This document shows, piece by piece, positions 1 to 11,815 of a stretch of 64,000 nt of DNA (positions are counted from its first letter, which is position 1; every line of letters begins with the position of its first letter). The notes beneath the pieces are model-generated. The model saw only the letters and a program-made list of their open reading frames with translations. It was not told the DNA's origin and did no database searches. The stretch comes from Scyliorhinus canicula. Its lineage: Eukaryota. The stretch lies in contig NC_052154.1 of NCBI RefSeq assembly GCF_902713615.1, positions 80,517,072 through 80,581,071 on the forward strand, in the 5' to 3' direction. The position numbers and the translations under genes are program-made.

Positions 1-29
1 TGACAATAAGCGATTTTCATTTTTCATTT

Positions 30-260
30 GTGTGAAAACTGCTTCCTGTTTTTGCTTCTACGTAGACCAGCTCTAATTTTATGTCCCAACACACCCCCAC
101 CACCCCGCTTCTTGATTTCCCTCACCAGAGGAAATACTTGCTCTATCCTATTCAGCTTCTTTAACATTTCAAGCATCATCATCATCAGATCACCCTTCAA
201 TCCTCTATACTCCAGGGAGCACAAGACATATATATTCAACCGGTCCTCCGCATTTAATCT
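30..260 (-). mobile_element. CR1 LINE 3' RT fragment (decayed)
   Basis: Minus-strand translation LCSLEYRGLKGDL...EMLKKLNRIE matches the C-terminal motif of the better-preserved CR1 at 17170-18081 (LYSLEFRRMRGDLIETFKIMKGIDRID). Confidence 0.75.
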
Positions 261-1112
261 TATAAAGCTAATGATTTTGTGGTGAATTACAAAGCAAGTT
301 CCAATTTTTGAGCTTGTGATAGAAGGGAAGAAGGGTGGTGGGTGGAGACCCTGCTTTCTTCCTACCTCCACCCAGAGTAAGTCTGCAGAAGGAAGGCTTG
401 TCGCTGGCATTTCTGCCCTGGAGGCCACTCAAGGGCCTCATCCTGTTGCTGCTTTTTCTTACTGCCACTGCATCGCCTACTTCTGATAAGAAATTTTTTT
501 CATCTTAAAAAATCTAAATCGCACAGCAAAGCGCGAACATGGTTCTCTTAAGAGGTGACACTGAGCTCTTGCTGGCTTACCAGCTGGTAGGAGAGACCCC
601 AGTAAACTCCATTAAATCGAGCCCATTATTTTCGTAACAGGATATGGCCTAATTATCAGATCTTAAACCATTTTTAGTACCACGTTCTTGGTTTGCTGTG
701 TTATTTTGTATTTTTTAAGTGAACATTTTCCAAAGTTACCAGGAGTAGGCTGTTGTGTAGTTGCTGAAAGTATATCCAGTAACAAGGACTTCCATTTATG
801 TAACACCTTTAACATTATAAAATGGTCCAAGGTGTTTCATAGAAACATAGCGCAACTAAATTAGAGTGTAAGCTGTATAATGAGATATTAGGGCAGGCGA
901 ACAAGAGCTCAGACAAACGGATATATTTTAAGAAGCATCTTAAATGAAGAGGAACAGGTAGAATTCCAAAGCTTAGGGTAAAGATCGAATTTAAAGCACA
1001 GAACCAGTGCCATACCTCGAACACAGCAGGAACCTGACACTTTGGTGTCACTGCAATGGTAAGATTATCTCAATCGGATGAAATATGTTTGCTTCCTTTT
1101 ATTATGTTTCAG

Positions 1113-1226
1113 GAGGAAATTCTATATGACTGGATCAATCCAATTTACCTGGATGTTTCAACTCAAGTTCGCATCCAAGATGAGTTTGAGGAGAAATCTG
1201 AGATACTTCTCAAGAACTTCTTCAAG
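1113..1226 (+). CDS. OGFOD1: OGFOD1 internal exon (equivalent to human exon 8), orphan or upstream copy
   Basis: Acceptor tttcag at 1107-1112 and donor AAG|gtgaaa at 1227. The exon is 114 nt, phase 0/0, encoding [38 protein letters not shown]. This matches human OGFOD1 [38 protein letters not shown] as I recall it. Confidence 0.9.
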
Positions 1227-2019
1227 GTGAAAGCTCAATTGCGGATTCGTTCAGCGGAAAGGCAACAGCCCTTTTAAAAAAAAAAAATGCTTGTGGAACA
1301 TGAACAAGAAAATGGATATGATTCATTGACAACAACCATGGAAAGGCCCGTGGAATTAATCAATGTCTTTATTTGAGCGTTGGTATGAGGTGTCCTCTTT
1401 TGTTCACTGCTGGTTTGTTTATGATGATTATCATATTCAGATGTAATACATGGTGATGGATTCAGCTGTTGTGGGAGAGGAGTGGGCTGTTATTTCTTTG
1501 GTTAAAGATTGCCACAGGAGTCAGATGTTATTAAAAGAAGAGAAACATAGACACTGAAAGCTAGTTTGGTACTTGGAACCCAACTATAAAGGCAGGTAGG
1601 CTGTGATGGACATGATACTTAAGGGAAGGGAGTCCTGTCCCAGGATTATACAAGGTTTATTCTGTTTAGATTAAGCTAAAACCCAAGGTAGAATAGGTTA
1701 ACTTCTTTAATATCGTTACATTAAGTATGATTTAATGTTAGCAACCAATTGCTTCACACAATCCACTTTCCTAAATTGTGCAAGAAAGACTAGGAATTCA
1801 AAGCAATCTTTGCCTCACCTTTTTTTTAACTTGGTCCACCTTCAAAAAGATTGAAGAAGTAAAAATGCAAAAGACACAGGGAGTTTTATTCTTAGAAATC
1901 TTGCTACCATACAAATGGATATCGAATAGTGAGTCAACTCCCCGAAAAATAAGCTAATTAGACAACTTGTACGCGTGATTGACACTACTGCACCCGACAA
2001 GATGCATACAACAGTATCA

Positions 2020-4250
2020 GGGACATAAGGACGAGGAGCAGGATTAGGGAATTCATCCCCTCGAGCCTGCTCCACCATTCAATACAATCTTGGCTGATCT
2101 CATCTTGGCCTCAACTCCACTTTCCTGCGCATTCCCCATAACCCTTCAACCCATTACTAATTAAAAATCTATCTATTACCACAAATTTACTCAATGTCCC
2201 GGCATCCACTGCACTCTGAGGTAGTAAATTCCACAGATTCACAACCCTTTGAGAGAAGTAATTTCTCCTCATCTCTGTTTTAAATCTGCTACCCCTTATC
2301 CTAAAACTATGATCTCTCGTTCTAGATTGCCTAAAAGAGAAAGCATCCACTCTGCGTCTACTTTGTCGATACATTTTATCATCTTATATACCTCAATTAA
2401 ATCTCCTCTCATTCTTCTAAACTCAAGAAAGTATAGGCCTAAACTGCACAATCTCCCTTCATAGGACAAACCCCATATATCTGGAATCAATTGAATGAGC
2501 CTCCTCAGAACTGCCCCTAATTCAACTACATCCGTCCTAAAATAAAGGGACCAAAGCGGTATTGCGGTCTCACCAATACCTTGTACAGTTGCAGCAACAC
2601 GTCTCGAATTTGTTCCTTCTTTAATTTGTTCCAGATTAAAGAATCTGTTCCTTTTGCTATGAATGCCAAAATTCCACATGCCTTCCTTATTACCTGCATA
2701 CTAGTTTTCTGAGATTCAGGTATAAAGACACCCAGCTTCCGCTGCTCCAAAGCACTCTTTAGCTTCTCTACATTTAGATAATAAGTTGCCTTTCCATCTT
2801 TCCGACCAAAATGGATAACCTCACACTTATCCATGTTAAACTCCATCTGCCAAATTTTGACCCATTCACCTCACCTATCTATATCAATTTGTAAAGTCTT
2901 ATTTCCTCATTGCAACTTACTGTCCCTCCTACTTTAATGTAATCTGCAAATTTGGCTATCGTACCTTCTATCCCTGCATCCAAGTCATTAATATATATTG
3001 TAAATAGTTGCGGCCCGAGAACTAAAAGCTACGGCATCCCACTAGTTACATCTTGACACCCAGAATAAGAACCATTTTTCTCAACTCTCGGCCTTCTGTC
3101 GGTTAGCCAGTGTTCTATCCAATCTAATAAATTACCTCAAACCTCATGTGACCGTACCTTGTGAATTAACCTTATGGAAGTCCAGATGTACTACATCTCC
3201 AGGATCCCCATTATCCACTTGGCTTGTTACATGTTCGAAGAACTCTAGAAAAGTAGTCACACAATTTGCCCTTCTTAAACCATGCTGAGTCTAATTGATC
3301 ACATTTTGACTGTCCAAATGTCCTGTTCTTTAATAATAGATTCTAACAATTTCCCAACTGCAGATGTTAAACTAACTGGTCTATAGTTTTGTACTTTCTG
3401 TCTCCCTCCCTTTTTGACGAAGGGCATTTTTGACATTAGCGTTTTTCCAATCCACTGAAACCTTTCCTGCATTCAGGAAATTTTAGAATATTATAACCAA
3501 TGGATCCAGCTGCCACGTCCTTTAAGATCCCAGGATGTGGCCCATCAGGCCCTGGGGACTTGTCGGCCTTCAATCCAATAGTTTGTTCATTACTTTTTCT
3601 CTTCCGATTATTGTTCTAAGTTCCTCACTTTCTATTACCTCTGCATTATCTGTTACTATCGGGATTATACTAGTGTCCTCCACCGTGAAAATTGAGGTAA
3701 AATATTGATTTAGCGTCTCTGCCATTTCTGTGTTCCCACCATGAACTCCCCGGTCTGATTCTCCAAGGGATCAACATTCACTTTATATACTCTCTTCCTT
3801 TTTATATACTTATAGAAGCTTTTGCCATCCTTTTTTATATTTTGCCCTAGTTTTCTTTCATAGTTTACTTTTGTTCTTTTCATAACTTTGATCTTTAAAC
3901 GTTTCCCAATCTTCCAACCTGCCACTGACTTTGCAATATGGTATACCTTAGTTTTTGTGTTATGTTATCTTTAGCTTCCATACTCAGCCACAGATATTTT
4001 CTCCCCCTCTTACAATCTTTCTTCTTCTCTTGAATATATTTTAGTTGGGAGAAATTGAATATCTCCTTAAACAACTGCCACTGCTCATCAGTCTTTTAGT
4101 CTTCCTGCCCAGGCCACTAGGGCCAAATCTTTTCTCATGCTTACATAATTATCTTTATTGAACTCCAGAACACGAGCGTGTGACTCCAGTTTCTTCCCTC
4201 AAACTAAGTTTGAAATTCCATCATGATATGATCACAATTCCAAAAGGATT
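2020..4250 (-). mobile_element. CR1 LINE, decayed ORF2 (RT and 3' end)
   Basis: Fragments RTRDHSFRIRGSRFKTEMRRNYFSQRVVNLWN, MEFNMDKCEVIHFGRK and YKYIKRKRV-KVNVDPLEN are CR1 ORF2 motifs. The 3' UTR near 2020-2130 is shared with the copy at 18080-18190. Confidence 0.9.
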
Positions 4251-4262
4251 ATTCGGAGGAAT

Positions 4263-4492
4263 GTACAGATACTCAATTCTAGTGTGCTTCACTCTTCTAC
4301 TCACAAGAAACTCTTGGAGTTAAAACTTGGCCTTTATTACAAGCTAAAGCAGGGGCTATTGGCATTACAAATTGGGATACCAGAGTGCACAGATTCAAGA
4401 GTGGTACAGACAGACATACTTTGAAATTCGGTTACAAGAAATTAGCATCAACCAATCATTTGCAACTAGTTATCTATGTCCAATCATGACAA
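4263..4492. repeat. Possible solo-LTR-like insertion between CR1 fragments
   Basis: Non-CR1 block starting TGTACA and ending TGACA, with AATAAA on the minus strand. No TSD found. Confidence 0.3.
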
Positions 4493-4504
4493 TCGATTAA
4501 GGAT

Positions 4505-4701
4505 GGGCAGCACAGTAACATTGTGGATAGCACAATTGCTTCACAGCTCCAGGGTGTCCGGTTCGATTCCGGCTTGGGTCACTGTCGATGCGGAGTCTGC
4601 ACATCCTCCCCATGTGTGCGTGTGTTTGCTCCGGGTGCTCCGGTTTCCTCCCACAGTCCAAAGATGTGCAGGTTAGGTGGATTAGCCATGATAAATTGCC
4701 C
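4505..4701 (+). mobile_element. HE1-type tRNA-derived SINE (V-SINE superfamily), 3'-truncated
   Basis: tRNA-like head with B box (GGTTCGATTCC), then the conserved core GGGTGCTCCGGTTTCCTCCCACAGTCCAAAGATGTGCAGGTTAGGTGGATT. Confidence 0.85.
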
Positions 4702-5335
4702 TACATCTGCAGGAACCCCATTATCCACTCTACTTTTCACATCTTCGAAGAACTCTAGCAAATTAATCAAACACGATTTGCCCTTCATAAAACCATGCTG
4801 ACTCTGATAGATTACGTTTTAATATTCCAAATGTCCCGTTCTGTAATAATGATTCCAACAATTTCCCCAGAACAAATGTTAAATGAATTGGCCCATAGTT
4901 TCCTACTAGGGGAATTACATTAGCGTTTTCCCAATCCACTGCAACCTCCACTATCTCTGCTGCCACTTTGTTTCAGACCCTAGGATGTAGGCCATCCGGC
5001 CTGGAGGACTTGCCTGCCTCAAATCCCAAACGTTTGTTCAGCACCTTTCCCCTCGTGATGGCGATTGTTTTAAGTTCCTCCTTTTCAACAACCTCTGAAT
5101 TACAAGTTAATATTCGGATGGTTGTGTTCTCCACCATGAAACCGAAGCAAAACACTGATTTAGCATCTCTGCAATTTCCCATTATTAACTTCCCAGTCTC
5201 GTCCCCTAAGGGATCAACATGGACTTTAGCTCCTCTCTTCATTGTCATAATCTTATAGAACCTCGGACTATCCATTTATATATTTTGCACTAGTTATACT
5301 GCCACATAGATATACGCTAGTCCAGTTCAAATTCT
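4702..5335 (-). mobile_element. CR1 LINE RT fragment
   Basis: KGKSCLINLLEFFEDV..RVDNG, VDWENANVIPL and GKSSRPDGLHPRV are CR1 RT-upstream motifs. Confidence 0.85.
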
Positions 5336-5949
5336 GGTCAATGTTCTAAATATAGAACCCAGAGGGCTCAAAACATTTACCTTCATTTAAAATCGTCATG
5401 ATTTGGGAACTATCTATTGAATAACACACATTTTTCTTTCCCCAATTACCCCCAGCTCCCTCGCAGCTTATCGGGATTAATGGCCATCTTACTGCAGTCA
5501 ATTAGAAGACCTGACAGCGAAGTCTGAGCTTGTCCTCCTTCCACTTCCAGAAAGTTCCATTCCAAGGTGGAAATCAGCAGTCAAGTTCCCTGGCAAACCC
5601 TCACCCCCAGCACCACCCATCCCACTTGGACATCCATGCGCCACTGCGCAACCCCGGGATGCAGTTCCCAGGCCATTGGAGGTAGCAGTAGCAGTGTCTC
5701 AGCCTGGCTCAGCCAATGCAGCTGAGATGGGGACAGACACTGGGACCTTCCTGATCATTTTACCTGTGGTAATAATGTCTACGTTAAACATCTAGAGATC
5801 TGGATATTTTTTATTTTTGAAATAATTTGAATTAGGTAAGGGAACAGGAGTCAGAAGTATCTGTTATTGTAATGATAAGTATTTATCTGGCAGTCAGAAA
5901 TAAAGGGGCAGCCCATCTTTATCCCTCGGGCCTTTTTTAGAAGGGTGAC

Positions 5950-7239
5950 CAGCAGCATCATGAGCTTTGTTTGGGTGCATGGGACCCCAAGGGTGAAGAG
6001 GGTCTTCTTGGAACGGGGTAGAGATTGGGGGGGGGGGGCTGGCGTTACCCAATCTCTCGTGGTACTACTGGGCGGCCAAAGTGTCGATGGTGTGCAAGTG
6101 GGTGATGGAGGGGGAGGGGGCAGCATGGAAACGGATGGAGAGGGCGTCCTGTGGAGATACAAGCCTGGGGGCCCTGGTAACGGCGCCATGGCCGCTCCCT
6201 CCTACGAGGTATACCACGAGTCCGGTGGTGGCGGCTACCCTGAATATTTGGGGGCAGTGGAGGCGACACAGGGGAGAAGTGGGGGGCTCGATGGACGCAC
6301 CATTAAGGGGGAACCATAGGTTCGTCCCGGGGAACATTGATGGGGGATTTCAGGGTTGGCACAGAGCGGGCGTCAGGCAGCTGAGGGACCTGTTTATTGA
6401 TGGGAGGTTTGCGAGCCTGGGGGAATTGGAGGAGAAATTTGGGCTCCCCCTGGGAAACATGTTCAGGTATCTGCAGGTAAAGGCATTTGCTAGACGGCAG
6501 GTGGAGGGATTCCCTTCGCTTCCTGCGAGGTGGGTGAGTGACAGGGTGCTTTCGGGGGTCTGGGTCGGAGAGGGGAAGATATCTGATATCTACAAGGTAA
6601 TGCAGGAGGTGGAGGAGTCGTCAGTAGAGGAGCTGAAAACTAAGTGGGAGGGGGAACTGGGGGAACAGATCGAAGACGGGACATGGGCTGATGCCCTGGA
6701 GAGGGTTAATTCTTCCTCCTCGTGTGCGCGGCTTAGCCTCATCCAATTCAAGGTGCTGCACCGGGCCCACATGACTGGGACGAGGATGAGTAGGTTCTTT
6801 GGGGGTGAAGACAGGTGTGTCAGGTGCTCGGGGAATCCAGCGAACCATGCCCATATGTTCTGGGCATGCCCGGCATTGGAGGAGTTCTGGAAGGGGGTGG
6901 CGAGGACAGTGTCGAGGGTGGTAGGATCCAGGGTCAAGCCAGGCTGGGGACTCGCGATTTTTGGGGTTGGGGTGGAGCCGGGAGTGCAGGAGGCGAAAGA
7001 GGCCGGTGTGCTGGCCTTTGCGTCCCTAGTAGCCCGGCGAAGGATTTTGCTACAATGGAAGGATGCGAGGCCCCCAAGCGTGGAGACCTGGATCAATGAC
7101 ATGGCGGGTTTTATTAAGCTAGAGAAGGTCAAATTCGCCCTGAGAGGATCGGTGCAAAGGTTCTTTAGGCGGTGGCAACCTGGCCTCGACTTTCTGGTTC
7201 AACGATAGGGTACTGGGATAGTAGCAGCAGCAACCCGGG

Positions 7240-7271
<32 letters not shown>

Positions 7272-7470
7272 GATGACTAAGTTTGTCTATTTAATTTAAA
7301 TTTATTTTTAAGTTCACATGTTGGGGTGGGGGGGGGGGGGGATCTGATACATGTGTTGATACGGTTTGGGGGGTGTTACGGTTATGGGTTATTTTGTTGC
7401 ATTTCATTGTTTGTTGTTATACTTTATATTTTCTGTAAAAAATTCCAATAAAAATTATTTTTTTTAAAAA
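5950..7470 (+). mobile_element. Tx1/L1-clade LINE, 5'-truncated 3' part of ORF2 with G-run 3' UTR and A-rich tail
   Basis: ORF 6081-7208 (375 aa) carries the C-terminal zinc knuckle CVRC...HMFWACP. Poly-G at about 7241-7270; AATAAA and A-rich end at about 7447-7478. Confidence 0.9.
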
Positions 7471-7938
7471 TAAATAAAGGGGCAGAAGCAAGGAACAATT
7501 CTAAACATTTGAAAACCACTTGCATGGCCTCACATAGAAATGGTGTCCTACTTTGGGTCTGCACTTTAGGATGGATATCACGTCCTTGGAGGGGAGTTTT
7601 GCTGGAATGGTATCAGGCCTGAGGGACTTCAGTGATATGACGGAGACTAGCGAAACTATGATTGCGTTTCTGGCAGCAGAGACAGGATTCTGAGAGGGTT
7701 AGTTCGAGAAAACGAGGCAAAACCGTTTTCATCGATGGTTTGCTGTTACTATCTGCAATGCGCTGACTGAAAGTGTGACGGCAGAATATTGAACAGACGC
7801 CGCAGAAAGGGAATTGGAGCAATGTTTGAAAAGAAGGAAAATGAGAACTATAGGACTACATAATTCTATGATCCCCACTCCTGCCCAATCCCCACTTCAC
7901 CTTTATGGAATATAATGAAATAAACATTGTCACCCTAC

Positions 7939-7982
7939 CGGTTCCTCTCTCTGAGCTGCTTCCACAGAATTTCTATTATTAT
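7939..7982 (-). CDS. IgSF receptor gene 1, cytoplasmic exon
   Basis: Strong acceptor (ccttctctttctttcag). 44 nt, phase 1 to 0, encoding (D)NNRNSVEAAQREEP, followed by donor gtaggg. In frame with the TM exon. Confidence 0.65.
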
Positions 7983-8369
7983 CTGAAAGAAAGAGAAGGC
8001 ATGAACAACTGAATCAGCGCACCGGCGAAACCAGTATCACGCTTTCGCTGCAAAACATATTTACTGTGTATGAAGTAAGGAAACCTGAATTGTGACTGTT
8101 CAGCGGCTTCAACTGCAGTATGATGTGCATTACCGTTCATTACCACAGTGGCGCTGTATCCAGGTCAATCAAGTTGCCTTTGTGCAATGGGGTGAAAGAT
8201 GTGATAAGGAGTTGCAGCCCATTTTAACCCCGCAACATTGCAACATAAATAAAATTCGGGGGAGATATAAAGACAATTGTTCGTTCGAAATCACCCGTTT
8301 TACATTATCGCAGGAAGTCGAAATAATACTTAAAATGCTTATATTTTAAGATCTCTTCCTGCATGTACC

Positions 8370-8505
8370 TTGTGTTGCCCGATTATGTATTTTCTTTTTA
8401 TTTTATTTTCTTTTCATTGTCTTAATGATCTGTTTGAGCTGTTTGCAGAAAAATACTTTTCACTGTACCTTGGTACACATGACAATAAACAAATCCAATC
8501 TAATC
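8370..8505 (+). repeat. LINE-type 3' tail repeat
   Basis: ATGATCTGTTTGAGCTG..GCAGAAAAATACTTTTCACTGTACCTTGGTACAC.TGACAATAAACAAATCC recurs at 50860-50985. Confidence 0.7.
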
Positions 8506-8747
8506 CATTGATACTCTATGTAAAGCACACAGTGTTAATAATTCCGGGTGTAAATTAGAAGTGTATCAATCGAGTGAGTAGTACGAATTTGAAGGTGGAA
8601 TATTTGCAATTCAAAATCCACTTTACATCGTCATTTTCAACACTCAATCACATGACGCTCATTCGGTGTCAATTTTATTAATTAAAGGTGCAGAAACATG
8701 CTCCTTGATCCTCTATAATGAATCATTATTTGCCAAAAGGTTCTTAC

Positions 8748-8852
8748 CAGCTGATGCTTTCAATTTGAGTCTTGCCCAAACAATTATCAACAGTAAAATA
8801 GCCGATATGCCACCTACACGTCCAATAATGAGTGGAAGATTGGTACCAGCCC
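8748..8852 (-). CDS. IgSF receptor gene 1, transmembrane exon (Arg at the N-terminal side of the TM)
   Basis: Acceptor cctgtag, donor G|gtaag. 105 nt, phase 1/1, encoding (G)AGTNLPLIIGRVGGISAILLLIIVWARLKLKASA: a hydrophobic span followed by a basic stop-transfer segment. Confidence 0.85.
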
Positions 8853-9130
8853 CTACAGGATCAACAAATGAGTGAAATAAGAAACTGTGGAATACAACGA
8901 GATTCACACAGGAACACAGAGAGGATCACACACAGGGTGAGTTGCAAATGTGTCTCTGAGGATAATAGCCCATAATGTCAGTGGACCTCAACCACTTTCA
9001 TTTCTGTTAGCTGTAGCAGTACAATAATTATAACGTTTATCAAATGACATCAACTACACGTTAATCATGCAATTTATGGAGTAAACAAAGTCCATTGCAA
9101 AAAGGCGCAGTCAGCTTCTGACTGGACTAG

Positions 9131-9395
9131 CATGGTGGCACAGTGGTTAGCACTGCTGCTTCACATCTATAGGGACCCAGGATCGATTCCAACCTTGGAT
9201 GAATGTCTGTGTGGAGTCTGCACTTTCTCCCCATGTCTGAGCCTGTTTCTCCAGGTGCTCCGGTTTCCTCCCACGGTCCAGCAAAGATGTGCTGGTTAGG
9301 TGGATTGGCCATGATCAATGCCCGGGATTATGGGGATAGGGCGGAGGAGTCGGCCAAGATGGATTGCTCTTTTGGAGGGTTAGTGTAGACCCAAT
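9131..9395 (+). mobile_element. HE1-type V-SINE
   Basis: Head GGTGGCACAGTGGTTAGCACTGCTGC and V-SINE core. Confidence 0.85.
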
Positions 9396-9589
9396 GGGCC
9401 TTGCAATGACTTTGCACTACCGCTCCCTTCGGGCCATAATTCCACAGACCACCGACTCCCTGACAAAAAAAAGCATTGCCCCTGATAAATGGGAGGCCCC
9501 TTGTTCTTTAACTGGGTCCTCTAGTTCTAGATTCTCCCACAAGAGGAAACATTCTCTCAACCACCATCCTGTTAAGTTTTATAGGGACC

Positions 9590-9815
9590 TTTTTTCAAAA
9601 TAAATTTAGAGGACCCAATTCATTTTTTCCAATGAAGGGGAAATTTAACCTGGCCAGTCCACCTACCCTGCACATCCTTTTGGGTTGTGGAGGTGAGACC
9701 CGCACAGACATGGCAAGAATGTGCATACTCCACACAGTCAGTGACCTGGGGCCGGTATCGAATCCAGTTCCTCAACACTGTGAGACAGCTATGCTAACCA
9801 CTGCACCATCATGCC
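9590..9815 (-). mobile_element. HE1-type V-SINE
   Basis: Reverse complement of the SINE head and core (GCTAACCACTGCACCATCATGCC at about 9793-9815). Confidence 0.8.
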
Positions 9816-10512
9816 TCCTTCAGTTTTATGAGGATCTAACATTTCAAAACATTCTTCCATTCCTCTAAACTCCAATGGATACAGATCTTCTCCCACACTG
9901 ACATTGTTAAAAAACACAGAGCGTTAACAATTCCTGGTGTAATAAATTGGAAGTGTATAAATGGAGTGAATAGGTCGAATGGGAAAGTGAAACCCATAAG
10001 ATAACCTCTTCATGCGGGAATCAGTGAAGTGAAACTTCTCTGAACTGCTTCTAAAAATATTATATAATTTGATTAGAAAACAAAACTGCAAATAGTACTC
10101 CAGATGTGCACTCCAGATGAAACTTGCATTTATAAAGCACCTTCCACATAGTTAAACACCCTAAGATGTTTCACAGAGCATTATCAAACAAGGCTGAACA
10201 GCGGCTCACATAAAGTGATGTGAGGAGAGGTGGAGATAGGGGTCTGAAGGAATGAAAGTCATAAAGGGAGCCAGAGGGAGGGACATTTCTGACTTTATGG
10301 TGTAAACAGCTGAGAACAAATGATGATAATAATATTCCCATATATTGAACTTAAATGCACAGTAAATCTGTTAAAACCGATCTTTTTGTCTCTGTGTAAG
10401 TTAATTTCATTTGGCAAGAATTTGCCGAGGAATAAGCTTTCAGTTTTTGAGCGCTTCCCACATCAACCTTTCGATTCAGATCTTTTCAAAGGAAAATTCT
10501 TTCTCCTCCTGC

Positions 10513-11085
10513 TGTTATGGGCCAGGGTTTAGAGAACCCCAAAGTGTATCATGGAGTTCACCTGACCCACAACTTTTAATAGATTGTGGTATGGGGAGCA
10601 CACGGCCCACTCTACAGGTGTGGTACAGCAGAAATGAAAAAGTATTTTTTGAAGCAAAACAATGTTTATTCTCTGAACTCAACTTAACCTTTTTGAAACA
10701 AACAGTGAACATCTTAGCAACTATTATTTCAAAAACAACCCCCAAAGAATACAATAAGTAATCCGTAGGCTGTCCTTTTAACATCTAGAAGACTTAAAAA
10801 ATACCTTTAAACAGCAGCACATTAGATTTGCATTCACTACTGAGAACATTTATAATTCTGAATTCACCAAATGATCAAGAGATAGTCTTTTGATGGCAGA
10901 GAGAACAGCAGTAAACCTGCTCTATCAGGCTTCAGCTCCAACACTGAAAACAAAACTAAAACACACCCTGCAGCAAACAGCCTAAAATGGAAGTTAAAAA
11001 GCTGACAGGTAGCCCAACTCCACCTACTCTCTGACATCACTGCAGTAGCAAACACCCATTTCTTAAAGGTACTCTCACTACAGAT
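10513..11085. mobile_element. LTR-like interspersed repeat inserted in a duplicated intron segment
   Basis: Begins TGTTATGG and interrupts one copy of a local ~280-bp intronic duplication. Right end and TSD not resolved. Confidence 0.45.
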
Positions 11086-11518
11086 ATCCATTGATTCCCA
11101 TTGATGTGACATTGTGAGTAAACACACTCCACATTCTCCATGTATATTCGAGTTTGAACAGCCGGTCAGATACATGTCTAATAAATAACTACAATTTGCA
11201 GCGGTTCCCGGGCTCCTCGCTGTAAATGTTGCTAAGAACGTGAGGAGGAATAAGCTCTCCGTTTTTGAGCGGTTCCCAGATCAATCTCCAGTTTCAGATC
11301 TTTTCAGGGAGAAATTCTCTCTCACCCAGTTACAAACCAGCTTGATAATTTTAATTAATTTTAATTTTAATTCATTCAATTGATGTGACATTGGAAGTAA
11401 ATACACGCCACACTCTCTGTATATTAGAATTTGAAAAGCTGTTCAGATACATGTCTAATAAATAACTGCAGTTTGCAGCCTTTCCCGCGCTCACTGCTGT
11501 AAATGTTTCCAATCTTAC

Positions 11519-11815
11519 CTTGTGGGACGGTGTAGCTGACACTGGCTGGCACCTTAAGGGAGATATGAGATACCAGACAGGTATAAACTACTCCATTCGG
11601 TACAGGCCTTGCTTCTTTCAAAGAGCTGGAGACCTCAAAAAGACCCTCCGCCGTCTCGTTTTTCACAGTTTCTATTCCGGTCAGAATTTCCACACCATCT
11701 CTTTGCCAGGAGATTCTGAAATATTCCGGGTAAAAGGCAGCCGTTTTGCATTCGAACTTCAGAGAAATCGCTGAATTCTCTTCAATCTGAACCATTTTCA
11801 GGGGAGTTGGGGGAA
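11519..11815 (-). CDS. IgSF receptor gene 1, C1-set Ig constant domain exon
   Basis: Acceptor ttgaag, donor G|gtaag. 297 nt, phase 1/1. Sequence (V)PPTPLKM...FECKTAAFYPEYFRISWQRDG...EVSSSL...YTCLVSHISL has C1-set hallmarks (FxC, FYP, W, YxCxVxH). Confidence 0.93.

Noticed and set aside
1833-1850. GPPSKR on the plus strand, resembling GPPNKR of the next OGFOD1 exon
   Set aside because: The upstream codons include a stop and lack the conserved W and VCxAL, and there is no suitable acceptor or donor. Treated as chance.
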